This document shows, in pieces, positions 51,101 to 63,260 of a stretch of DNA of 64,000 nt; the stretch's first letter is position 1, and each line of letters starts with the position of its first letter. Under the pieces are notes generated by a model. That model saw nothing but the letters and a program-made list of their open reading frames with translations, was not told where the DNA came from and did not search any database. Source of the DNA: Schmidtea polychroa (lineage: Eukaryota); assembly GCA_044892525.1 (NCBI GenBank), contig CM097885.1, forward strand, positions 114,576,001-114,640,000, given 5' to 3'. The translations under genes were made by a program, and so were the position numbers.

Positions 51101-53849
51101 AAGAACAGCGAAAAGAGATCTAGAGAGTATCACGAATTACGAACCCACATACATAGAAAGGGTTATGACTATATATAGGGTGAACAATGAATATATAAAG
51201 GTATATGATTATATAAAAATATATGTATATATATTAGCGCGGTATGATTAGTATATAACTTCGGGAAGTAAAATGAAATAAAATTCAGATAAAAGATTAG
51301 GAATCAATGTAGGTGAATTGATAGAATGAGACGGATCACATTGGAAATCAATCCCAATACCACCACAGGAGAAATATGGAAGCAGAAAAGCGTCATATTA
51401 TAGTAAATAACATTAGCTATACAGAAGCAAGGAATCTCATGGAGGAACAATCTAATCGAATATTTGAATAATGAATTTGTTCATGAGAGAATAATCAAGG
51501 ATCAGAGAGGAAAAATTGAACTAAAGTAAAGAGAAATGGAACGACTCTAATGATAAAGCCGAATGCAAGAAATGAACTACTAAGAAAACTGAGGAAAACA
51601 AAGAGAGAAAGATATGGTCAGAATGTAACGGAGAATATCAGACGGGAAAAGGAAACGGGAAAACGAAAACGCAGGGAGCTGAAGATGAAGTACAAATAGT
51701 TATAACAAATCCAGCATAGTATTCATTGAAAATTGTTATAAGATGATGAGTAAAATATTCCGAGGGGAGGTGGAATGATCAGAAGAACACCGTATCCGTG
51801 TTTTGCGTAAAGGAGGAAAAACAACGAACTATCAGCAGGGTCATAACATGGAAAAGAGACGGTAATGGCAGAACTGAGTGCCAAAAAGAGGACTAATTGT
51901 ATATAAATAATCGCATATATCGGTGTATACACCCCAACCAAAATGATATATAATAAAAGTAGAGGACCGATCACCATAAACAAAGATAAAATAATGCGAA
52001 AATCAAAAATATTAAAATCTACACTTATTTAAGAGTAAGGAAAATTAATCAGAGAAAATGGACGTTTAGAGAATATGGTAGAGAGGACACGAGAACAAAA
52101 TACTGAGAACCGAGAGAACACATAATAATAAATAAAATAATGAATGTCGGGGACGACATTTTGCGAAGACGCGGAGGAAAAATGAGATCAAACTAGGACA
52201 ACAACAAACGGCAGATCAAGATGAAAGTCAAAATGGACATGAGTAGTAATAGGAACAATCGGGAAAATTATACAAAAACATGATGGACAGAAAATGAAGA
52301 GCGCACATATAACAAAATAGAATGTGAACAAATAAACACAATAAAAATGACAAGGAAAACACAAAACGAAATGAACAAACAGGAAACAACAAGTAACAAA
52401 TTCACAGAAAGAAAGCAAGGGCAAAGAAATTTGAATGAAAAATCAAGATTACGAGAAACAACAAATATAAAATGAAACGCGATACAAAAAAAAAAAAAAT
52501 AGAACAAAAGTGAAAGTTTAACATCATGACACGGAAAATTAAAATAACAAGAGACACTAACAAAAATGAGACCAATTAGAAACATTGAACAAAAGTTTTA
52601 GTTATGGAAAACGAACATACTGCCTACTTTTACTATGGAACAAAAAGTTACAATAATGAAAAACGAACGAACTGTCTACTTTTATTACGAAACAAAAAGT
52701 TGCAATTGTGGGATTGAATAAATTCAGAAACGATAAATGCAATAATATCAACCACTCCAGGATCAGCTAGGGAAAAATGCGTATAGATGTAGATATCCAG
52801 ATATAGGTGGATATATGTATATGAATATATGTTTATGGATAAGGGTATATGTATAAGTATATGCGTGTATATGTAGACATAGATAAACAATTAAATGAGA
52901 TAATGAAAATAAAAGACCAATCAAAGTTACGCGCCAAAAGTAAAATAGCAAATAGACGCGGAAATAAGTAAAAACATAAAATATAGGGAGTGGAACAAAG
53001 AGGCCCATAAACAGGAAAAAAAAAAAAAAACAACAAACAAATTTTGAAAACGTAAAATATACGAAATGAGAAACATTATGACGGGGAAATCAGTGAGAGG
53101 TAACATAAAAAATCAAAGCTGAGGAAAATATACAAATACGGAAGCGTGATAAATTACAAAATTGAGCAGGGATGTTTAATAAATAAACCATTGACTAATA
53201 GAAGGGTAACGAATAAAATGGATAAACAAATATTAACGAGTGATGCGAGAGGGATCTGCCTGAGGAAATAGTGAGCATATTAACGAGAAACAAGTCAACC
53301 GAAGCGGTAAGAGTAAAAGCGATAGCAATAAGACGTTAACTAGACAAGAGATGGGGATATATTTAGAATAATGAAGAAGGACCAAGGGTAATCGAGATAA
53401 GTAGAGTAAGAGCACGACGTAAAAATGAGAATAAAGTCCTACGAAAATTGAGAGCAAATGAATAAGGAAAAAATTTTTCTGTTAGGATTTAGGAAATCCA
53501 CAACCTATGAGCTACGCTCAGCGTAGTACGGATAAGGCCCAGGAAAGTACCAACTGTCCTGACGAAAGATGTGGAACAGGGCCCATCGCATATACTGGAA
53601 CATCTCTGCGTGTGACTGATCACCACACGATCGGAGATCGACCAGTGCGAGTGTTTCACATCCAGAGTCAGGAGAGTGGGGAAAACTTGGAAGAGTAGTA
53701 AAAAGAAGCATGCAGGAGAAATAAAAATGAAGACCAAGTAAATAGAAAAAGACAAAGTGAAGTAAATAGAAACAATTAGAGCTTAAAGACCAAATTGATA
53801 CGATAACCGGTAGGCAGAATAATAGGGGACAAAGATAGTCAAAGGAAAA

Positions 53850-54032
53850 CGAATAATAGATGCGAATAACAGATGCGAATAATAGATACGAATAATAGAT
53901 GCGAATAATAGATGCGAATAATAGATGCGAATAATAGATGCGAATAATAGATGCGAATAATAGATACGAATAATAGATGCGAATAATTGATGCGAATAAT
54001 AGATGTGAATAACAGATGCGAATAATAGATGC
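53850..54032 (+). repeat. 13-bp minisatellite (CGAATAATAGATG) x~14
   Basis: Tandem copies; only about 2 units at the homologous site 18050-18080. Confidence 0.95.
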
Positions 54033-54211
54033 GCATCCAGAGTCAGGAGAGTGGGGAAAACCAGTAAAAGTAGTAAAAAACAGGCATGCAGGGGGATAAA
54101 CGTTTAGAAAGTGCACAGTGACTAAAGTAAAGACAATAAAAATAGTGAGCCTAGGACAAACAGAGAAATGGAGAATAAAACATGCATGTTAGAGGATATT
54201 AAGGCAGAGTT

Positions 54212-54640
54212 GTGAAAAGTCCAACCGGTCAGAGGAGGAAGATTGAGCTGTTGAATAGTGCCAGCCAGTCGTAAGATCGAGTTGTCGAATAGTCCAACCG
54301 GTCAGAGGAGGAAGATTGAGCTGTTGAATAGTGCCAGCCAGTCGTAAGATCGAGTTGTCGAATAGTCCAACCGGTCAGAGGAGGAAGATTGAGCTGTTGA
54401 ATAGTGCCAGCCAGTCGTAAGATCGAGTTGTCGAATAGTCCAACCGGTCAGAAGAGGAAGATTGAGCTGTTGAATATTGCCAGCCAGTCGTAAGATCGAG
54501 TTGTCGAATAGTCCAACCGGTCAGAGGAGGAAGATTGAGCTGTTGAATAGTGCCAGCCAGTCGTAAGATCGAGTTGTGGAATAGCCCAACCGGTCAGGAT
54601 AATGAAGATTGAGCTGTTGAAAAGTGCCAGCCAGTCGTAA
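54212..54640 (+). repeat. 73-bp tandem repeat x~5.8, a dimer of two diverged subunits
   Basis: CCAACC anchors at 54221, 54294, 54367, 54440, 54513 and 54586 (period 73). Confidence 0.95.
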
Positions 54641-56179
54641 AGGCCTAGAAAAATAATGAGATAGCATTTAAGCTAACAGTGAGATAGAATATTAAAGCTA
54701 GCTAGAAACGAATTGAACTTAGATACGAGAATTCGAATTTAGGGAGGATTAAACGAGCTCGTGGAAGGTGATAATAAAAAATTTTTTTTTGTGAGAAAGA
54801 GAAACAGAAAAAGAAAAGGAATTAAGGAGATAATGAAAATAAAGAATAAGTGTGAATAAATGATGAGTAAAAGAGGAAAATAATTAACTAATTAAAGGGG
54901 ATCCCAGGTAGGTAGACAAAGTTCTACAGAATTTTTTTTTTGGTTGAAACCGGTTAAACGAATTTGTTTTTGGTTCCAGAGTAGAACCGAGTAAAGAGTA
55001 ACAGGTGAATTAGATATAAAAGGATAAGTAAAATGGCGAAATTGCGCAAGAGTATACTAGAAAAATGAGGAGGGGTAATTAGCAGCAATGGACAACGACC
55101 CATCGATATTATAATTGATAAATATAGATAATTCATACGACCATATAGATAATTATTACTACCCCACATAGATAATTTAACATCGACGAAAGTTTGGGAT
55201 TATGGTTCATTACAACCCACGATATAGGAATGGTACACCATTTGAAAATTTCGAGGGTATAAACAGACTAGATAATAATTTTTAAGGCTTCGAAAGTAGA
55301 AACGGAGAAATTAGAATTTTAATAAGTCTGGAAAGCGGAGACCAATGGGATAAGAATTTTGTTCCAGTTGATTGTTTTGAATGCAGAAACGAACGAGTTA
55401 GAAATTTGTAAGGTAAAGAGGGGCGAGTTAAGGAATGGTAAGATTGGTAAATTTTGATATCTCAGTAGAAATGACAAGAAATGAATTGATATTAGATAAT
55501 CGGGTAAAAGAGAATGAATGAGAATATAAGGAGAATAATGGAAATTTTAGTTAAGAATGAGTTATAGAAATGACAAGGAATGAGTCAAGTACAGATGAGA
55601 GGCAATACAAGTACAACTGTGAATACAGTTTCAAACTTAAGGAGAGAAACCGTTAAGTAGAACAATGAACTAAATCAGGAAAAACAGCAACAATAATAAT
55701 AGTTAATGAAAGGAGGAAATATAAGGGTAACCGCTATAGTAAACTCAAGAAATGATTAAAACTGGAAACAACCGAGAACAGAACAAGGACCATAGTAATG
55801 AAGAAAAAACTAAGAGGTAATACCAGTTAATAGATAGAGATAGCAGAAAAGGATAGTCATTCAAAGCCAAGAAAACCATAGAAACGAGGAAAAAGAACAC
55901 GAATTAAAATAAATAAGGATCGCGAAAATTAAGTAGAACATGAGAATAAAGCTGTAAACTAAGGGAACGAGGGAACAAATATTAAGAAATGCCCAGGGAA
56001 ACCAAAATAAAAACATTGCAACTATGTTATATGATATATATAAATTATAATTTATAAAGATAATAAACGGTAAGGAGGAGGGATATTTTCCTAGTAAGGT
56101 AAATCAATCAATCAAGATAACAGCCAAGTATCAACAACCAACCAGAATTCATCAACAAATCATTAAGGCAATCGATAAT

Positions 56180-57850
56180 AGAACCAAGTGTGTCAAACGA
56201 AGAAGAAATAAGAGCTGCAAAGAAAGGAAAACGAACAATCAAATCCAAGCAAGCGCAAGAGAGTGAAAAGGAGAAATCAAAGCGACATCTCAAAAACGGA
56301 AAGTCGACCCTCAAAAGAGAGTGGTAAAAGGAATTTCAAAACAGTCAGTCGAGAAGTGTAAAACGCCAATGGAACTCCATGAAAGAGAAAATAATGTAAC
56401 AGCAGAAATAGCAAAAGACACTGAAACCTAACTAAAGAAAGAAATCAACGACGGAGAGATAATATGGATATATGAGCGAACAAGCTAGCTGAGATGCAAA
56501 ATCAGACAACCATCCTTACAAAACTATGCAGTAACATAATCGAGTATCAATCTGAAATAGAAAGAAAGCAACCTCCAAGAATAAATGTATTACAATACGT
56601 TGGAAGCAGATCACAAATTGAAGTCAACCCAACTAAACTACAACAAGGATGAAAACACCGTACAGATCACAAAGGCACGAGAAGCAGAAGAAAGATGGAG
56701 TAGACGAAAAGAACTTCAGGCAAAAAGAGAAGAAGAGTATTGGAGGAGAAAGGAAGAACTGTTGAGAGTTGATATCATGAGACTAACCACCAATGACAGC
56801 CAGAGGGAAAAGATAGAAGAAATGTGTGAAAGATAACAAAGAAAAGTAATACAAATCAATATGATGAAAGTGGTACCGAGCAACAAACGGGAATTACAAA
56901 GAACTCTGGACTCAAGAGTGGAAAGTGAAACAATCGAAAGAATAGAAAATGTAACATTGGACCATCAAAATATCAGAATCATTGGGAACAATCGGAGAAA
57001 TTATAAAAATACGGAAAATTAGGCTGATATTACAGCAATCCAAGAGAATCGCATGAGAGCAGTCAACAGAAGATATTGCCACAAATCGAAGACTAACGAA
57101 GACCATGAAAATCGAAATGGTGAAAATAATGAAAACATCGAGACAGAAAAACGAGAAAAATGATATAGGCGAGATTGAACCAAATATCAATAATAAAGTA
57201 AACTAGTATTGTAACCAATGCCAGCAGCGAGGACACAATGAGCGTAATTGTTCTTTGAATATGATGGGTTGGAATTGTCAGAGAATGAGGCATTGCGAAA
57301 AGAAAAATCGCCGCATAAAAAGGTGCTACGAATGTAAATGAAAAGGACATGCAATTAACAACTGTCCGAATGTGACAAATCCAGAGGAAAATCAATCACG
57401 GAGAAGTACCGCAGAACCAACCAAGAAATACGCACTGAGAAAAGAATTCAACAGTCAGATAGTAGAAATTGTCAACTTCCAATGTTAATAAAACAACAGT
57501 CGACAGTCGTACGTCGAAGTGAAGAAACATGCAAAACTCAACGTATCCGAAGAATTGAGAAGACAATGTATAGAACAAGGTGACATAATAAAAGAATTTG
57601 TGATGGAAGAAAAGAGACGGGATGAATTGATAATGATATGGAGACAAGTTGCCGAAAGCAAAACAAAAAAAAAAAAAAAAAAAAAAAAAAAGAAAATGAA
57701 GTACTTAAGACAACGATACTCAGACTAAAAGAAGAAGCCAGGTCGGCCGAATTAAGAATCAATGAAATAACGGGTAATTGAGAAAAATGCAAAGATATGG
57801 CAGAAGAGACACAAATGATGACGGCCAAGGAAAAGAATAAGGGTAGTCCA
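56180..57850 (+). pseudogene. Decayed CCHC zinc-knuckle gag/ORF1-like region (copy 2)
   Basis: CNQCQQRGHNERNC and CYECK*KGHAINNC at ~57210-57365; homologous to 20090-21754. Confidence 0.65.
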
Positions 57851-58912
57851 AAGGATGAAGTGGAAATTAAAGAGGAAGTGTAGATGAAAATAGTAAGAAA
57901 GAAATGAACATATGTAAAAATTGATGTATAAATAGCAAATTAAATGTACTAGATGTATAGGTATAAATGGATGTATAATGTGGCAAAAGATCGATGTATA
58001 AATAGAAATGGATCAAGTAATCAGTTGGAAAAATACTAAATTTGAACCCTTACAATGGTAAAGGAGAACAGAGGCTCAAATGAGAAGAAAGAATATAAAT
58101 CCAGAAGAAAGATAAAAGTGCAAACCCAGAAAGAATGAGTTAAACGAATATCGAAAAGTAATATCTAATTTGGAACCCAAAACTAAGGAGAACGGTAAAA
58201 GATCCTGATAAATGAGACGAAAGTCACAGCCCCAGTGACATTGGAAAGTTAGTCAAATAAAGCTAACTAAGACCCAGATCGAAGATAATTTGAGTTACCC
58301 ATTGGAGAAAGAAAATCCCTTAATAAGAGCAATACCGTAAACAAAACCACCAAAGAAAACCAAAAGAAGAATCAATGTGTCAAATCACCTAGTTAAACAA
58401 AAGTTCCGAAGACCCTTGAGCAAGGTCTGTCATATACCATCAAATGATCCAGAAAATCAGAATCCCAGCCTAAAAATCCAAAGGGAATCCGGGAAAACAG
58501 TCAAACCCCGATAGGAAGAATCCTATGATCTTCGGTAAGTATTACGAGCTAATTATGAAAATCAACAACAGGAGTCAAACATGCCTACAAAACCCAGCCG
58601 AAAGATTGAAAACCGAACCCAGAAACGAGAAGAAACAACCAACTGAAGAATTGATCCAGAAATAAAACTGTTGCATGTGACTTGACTTGAGTTTGGACAC
58701 GGTATAAGTATGTATGTGTATTATGACCAGTCACTGTACGTGACAACTGCTTGAATTTTAGCTTAGATCTTTTTCTGATAATTCAATTTTAACATGTCTT
58801 AAACTGTTATAGTATGTTTATGGGTTAATGGAAATGTAATAGACTATGATCTGGGAAATTCATATGTCTAACAGAATTGCGGGACGCAATTTTAACGGGT
58901 CCCGGAGTGATT

Positions 58913-60459
58913 TGTTGGGCTGAAAACGAGAACTGAGAGTTTGTTTTAATCGATCGAAAATACCTAACACAAAAACCACAAATTTGAAAATAATCTATGA
59001 TCAAGATCTAATTTAAAATAAATGAAATAAATTACATCACACATTAAGAACCAATAAACCCTGTATAATAGAATAAGAGATAAATAAATTTAACAAAAAA
59101 TTCAACACTTAAAAATTTAAATAGAAAAATAATATAATATATAATAGAATTAGTTGAAAATTATTTAAACAATATAAAAATAAAATCGTCAAAAATAATA
59201 AAATTAGTTAGCATTATATAAATTGTAAAGTTTATAGAATTAAATGGTTATTTAACTTATTAAATTTAAAGAATAAAAATGTTTAAATTAATAAAAATTA
59301 ATATAACTCAAATTATTTAAATTATAAAATTTATAAAATTAAAATTAATAAAAATTAAATAAGAAATTAATTAAATTTAGTGAATTAAAACAAATAAACA
59401 ATTGCACACACTCATGCATGTATGCAAGACTAATTCAGAATTTCTCGCACTCTGATTGGATAGAGTGGCAGCAAATGCATGAAAAATCAGTATAAATACT
59501 GATCACAAATTCATTTAAAACTACTACTTTTTCTCTAACATCAAAATTTAGTTGTAGCCAGTGAAGCTCTCAGTTTTCGATTTTATGCCCACGTGGATTT
59601 GGTAATTTATTTTTTATTGTTGTAGTAATTTTATGAGATGATTAAATTTAATATGCAATAAAATTTTTAGTTAAATTTTCTTTTGTTATTTTCTTTTAAT
59701 TGTTTAATTTCATTTAGTTGCAGATATTAAATAACATTTTTTATTGTGTTCAATTTTTATACTAACTGATTACGAACGTTAGTACCGCTGAATTGAGATT
59801 CAGCATATCATGGTTTGAGGTACCTTCGGGATGCTCAGACTGGTGGGTATGCTGGTTTTTCAATCGCGCAGCTGGATTGGGCCGGAATGTGGGGGCTTCC
59901 TCACGGGTCCTATCGCTGGAAGTACTGTGGTCAAATGTAGGTTAGGACTGAGAATACAGGCAGATCCCTGCTCAAATTTTTTGAAGTATAACGTAAATAT
60001 TATGGGAAGCGTGGATTAACTTGAAAATAAGGGCCAATCCCTGCTCAAATTTTTCAAAGGATAATTTAGATATTGTAGGAAGTGTAGAACAATAATTATT
60101 AGCTGGAAAATAAGGGCGGATCCCTGCACAAAATTTTATAAGAGAACAATTAGAAATACCCGTAATTGAGGACCAACAACGATTCAAAAATAGCATACAC
60201 AGTGAATAATGACGTAAGACCTTCTATCGGCAGTCTAGAACCCGAAAAGAAAATACAATGGGGAGTAGTTTTAGTAATAGAGCTCACCTGCTCATTGTTT
60301 TTTCGCCTTTGTGTACAGTACCAACATGGTCGTCACCATGGGTACACAAATGGTTTAAATTTTAATAGTCATGGAGGTGCTTAGGAAAGAGTCGAACGAT
60401 TATGATTACCCCTAACGCATTTTAAAATGTAAAAATGATACACCCCTAAGTAACCAACA
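58913..60459 (+). repeat. 3' LTR
   Basis: Direct repeat of 45572-47118. Confidence 0.95.
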
Positions 60460-60860
60460 CAGGTTTGAAATTGTAAAGTAATTGGCTTCTTGGTTGTCAT
60501 CATAAACATGATCGCCTTGTTATCTGTCCTTAGCGTATAGTATACCGCCAATGGTTTCTTTCTTGTAATGCAATATCCTTTTTCATGGCTCGTCATCGAG
60601 TGTGATCCATACGCCATTATTCTCTGCTTCCCATCTTTATCTCTTCGTGAAAGCACTGCTCCAATGGAATCAAAACTGGCATCAGTATCTAAAGTGAACT
60701 CCTTTCTCAGATCCGGAAAGCATAGGATCGGTGCTGTCGTGACTGCTAACTTCAATCCCTCGAATACGTTATTCGTTCCTTCAGACCATTCCAGTTTTTG
60801 TTACTGGGACCGTATTCAAAATCCTCGAACGGTATCGTCGTTGAACCTCATAACGTGAAG
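60460..60860 (-). mobile_element. Ty3/Gypsy RNase H, right part of the same split host element
   Basis: EFTLDTDASFDSIGAVLS...HEKGYCITRK...KKPITLQFQT; removing the insertion and one CAGG restores FQTWINYL. Confidence 0.92.
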
Positions 60861-61713
60861 AGAAAAGAATGAAACTCCATGATCATCATAATATTTTAAT
60901 TTAAATACATTATCATAACATTGGTATAAAAAATGATAATAATAAAAATAAAATTTCCATTTTCCTTCCGATGTAGATAATAAGCTGCTGAATAAATTGA
61001 TGTACTAAGATATATGAATCGAATACTGGCTAAGTTGAATGATGTTGGACTAGATCCCTGTATGAAGTTTTATTAGAATTGAGGGAGTCAACCAAGTGTT
61101 TATCTTATATTGTTTTTTCATCCAATCAGGATTTAACTAGTGTGTGAAATGCCCTTTTTTCTTATTTTTGTTGTTTTTAATTTCTTTTTCAAGGTTATTT
61201 ATCTTTTTCTTTTGATAATTTAGTTAATTTATAGAAAGTTTAAATTTACAACCATTTTGACTACTACGGTTTCTAGCCCAGCAATAATGAGACCTTAACA
61301 CGTAATTCACCATGTGTCAAAAGAGTTCAGTAACGAAGTAAAATGAATTTTCAAATTAGTGAATAATAAATAATTTATTAAAATTAAACATGTAAAAAAG
61401 GAAGAAAAGTGAAATTTCATGAAATTACAATTATTGTTTAATTAAAATAGTTTAAATTTATTCATTATATCTATATAAACGCAATGATGTATAATTCAAA
61501 TTTAATTATTTAAAAATTTAATTGAGGTTGAATTTTAATTAGTGAAAATTATAAATTAATAAAACTTTTATTGATTCGATTGACATAAATTTACATTTAA
61601 TTAAAAATTATAATTTTTTAAATATTTTATTACTTATTTTTATTAATATTTAATCGAAAATTTCTGATATAATCAATTTTAGTATCCAAGAAAAAATAAC
61701 TTATTACAACTTA

Positions 61714-62940
61714 ATGGACGATATTTGTGTTAATGGGCAAATTATATTGGAAGAATCTCACAACGATGATTATGAACCAACCGAACTAGAAATACGAGAT
61801 TATGTGTGTTTAATTGGAATTGATCCTGATAATGAAAACGAACTAATGCATGTAGCTAGAATGGGAATTAAAGCTCCATTACCTGATAATTGGAAACCGT
61901 GTCAAGATGTTAATGAAGATATTTATTATTTTAATTTTGCAACGGGTGAAAGCATGTGGGATCATCCATGTGACGAATATTTTCAAAAAATGGTTATAGC
62001 AGAAAGAGAAAAATTGTCAAGTAAAACTTTGGAAAGGCACTTGATAAAACAAGATTTAAATAACATCACAACAGAACAATCGACACATATTAATTTGGAA
62101 ACTGCTATCAAATCTCTCAAAACAAATTTTTTGCCAGATTTCGTAAATCATGAAATTTTTAACAAAATTTCTTCTGAAGATTTGAAAATTGTGCCACAAA
62201 ATAAAATTGTTGAATATTACCATGATGAAGAAAATTCAGGTGACATATCTTATTCTGAATCAAATAATAAGCAAACGTCTGAAAGTAAAAGTGAGGATTA
62301 TGGAAAATTTATTAATTTTGGATTGGACAAAAGTCTTACCGATAGATTGGATAATGAATCCGGGAACTCAATAATTTTTAAAGAAAATATTCTGAATAAA
62401 AATAATTTTATTCGCGATTGCATTGATCCCATAAAAGTCCTTGAAATCGAAAAGAAACCTGAATTTCTAATTTCTAAAGAAAATAGGAAGATCATCGGGG
62501 ATGGTTCACTCAATATTTCCTTAAAAGAAAATAAATTAAAATTTAAAATAGATGAAAATGACAATTTCTTAATTCTTGAAAATAATATTACAAATTCTAA
62601 TACAGATTTTAATCTTGCTTGTAAAAATGAACATAAAAAATCCAATCATGAGAACCTAAAATTATGTTCTATTGATCAAAATAATGCAACAAAAACTTCT
62701 AAAAATTCTCCGTTAGATAATAATATCTCGATTGATATTAACAATGAAATGTATATTTTACCTGACAAAATATATGAACTCCAGACAATTCACATGAAAG
62801 AAATTAGTGAATTAAAGAATGAATTTCACAATGAAAAAGTGTTAATAACTGACAAACATCAAAATGAAATTAAGAATATAATAACTAACCATACAAATGA
62901 AATTGAAAAATTGAAAAATTCAACAATAACGTACAAATAG
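61714..62940 (+). CDS. CEP164: CEP164 N-terminal portion (WW domain), apparently truncated
   Basis: [20 protein letters not shown]...[51 protein letters not shown] matches the CEP164 N-terminus; the ORF stops just after coiled-coil onset, inside a duplicated segment. Confidence 0.88.
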   Translation: MDDICVNGQIILEESHNDDYEPTELEIRDYVCLIGIDPDNENELMHVARMGIKAPLPDNWKPCQDVNEDIYYFNFATGESMWDHPCDEYFQKMVIAEREKLSSKTLERHLIKQDLNNITTEQSTHINLETAIKSLKTNFLPDFVNHEIFNKISSEDLKIVPQNKIVEYYHDEENSGDISYSESNNKQTSESKSEDYGKFINFGLDKSLTDRLDNESGNSIIFKENILNKNNFIRDCIDPIKVLEIEKKPEFLISKENRKIIGDGSLNISLKENKLKFKIDENDNFLILENNITNSNTDFNLACKNEHKKSNHENLKLCSIDQNNATKTSKNSPLDNNISIDINNEMYILPDKIYELQTIHMKEISELKNEFHNEKVLITDKHQNEIKNIITNHTNEIEKLKNSTITYK

Positions 62941-63260
62941 TAGTATTCGGAAATATGCGCATTATAATAATTCCACCAACAAACATAGAAAGTAGAGAGT
63001 AACTCTACTGGTGCATTTTTTTTCTTTTATTTTTGTAGAAGGTTTTCTTTTTGGTTGTCTAATGAGCATATGAAAATTGTCCTTGTGGTATTTGAAGCAT
63101 TAATGACAGAAATCTATTAGTTTTCAATTCAAAATTTGTGCAAATTTTATCGATTAAGTGTGAATATAACAAGAAATTCATAATTTAACTTTATTAAATT
63201 TATTTCATGTTCACTCGCATTTTAAATTATCCAGATACAGCTGTTGATTTTGTATCATTA

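Larger units (their letters stand above)
45572..60459 (+). mobile_element. Complete 14.9-kb LTR retroelement without recognisable pol (LARD-like, copy 2)
   Basis: Two near-identical 1547-bp LTRs (TGTTGG...CCAACA), 4-bp TSD CAGG (45568-45571, 60460-60463), tRNA-Pro PBS; no RT, RNase H or integrase motif found inside. Confidence 0.93.

Noticed and set aside
54212-54640. 73-bp array resembling a CRISPR repeat-spacer pattern
   Set aside because: The putative spacers are identical between units, there are no cas genes and the context is a eukaryotic retroelement; it is a tandem repeat.
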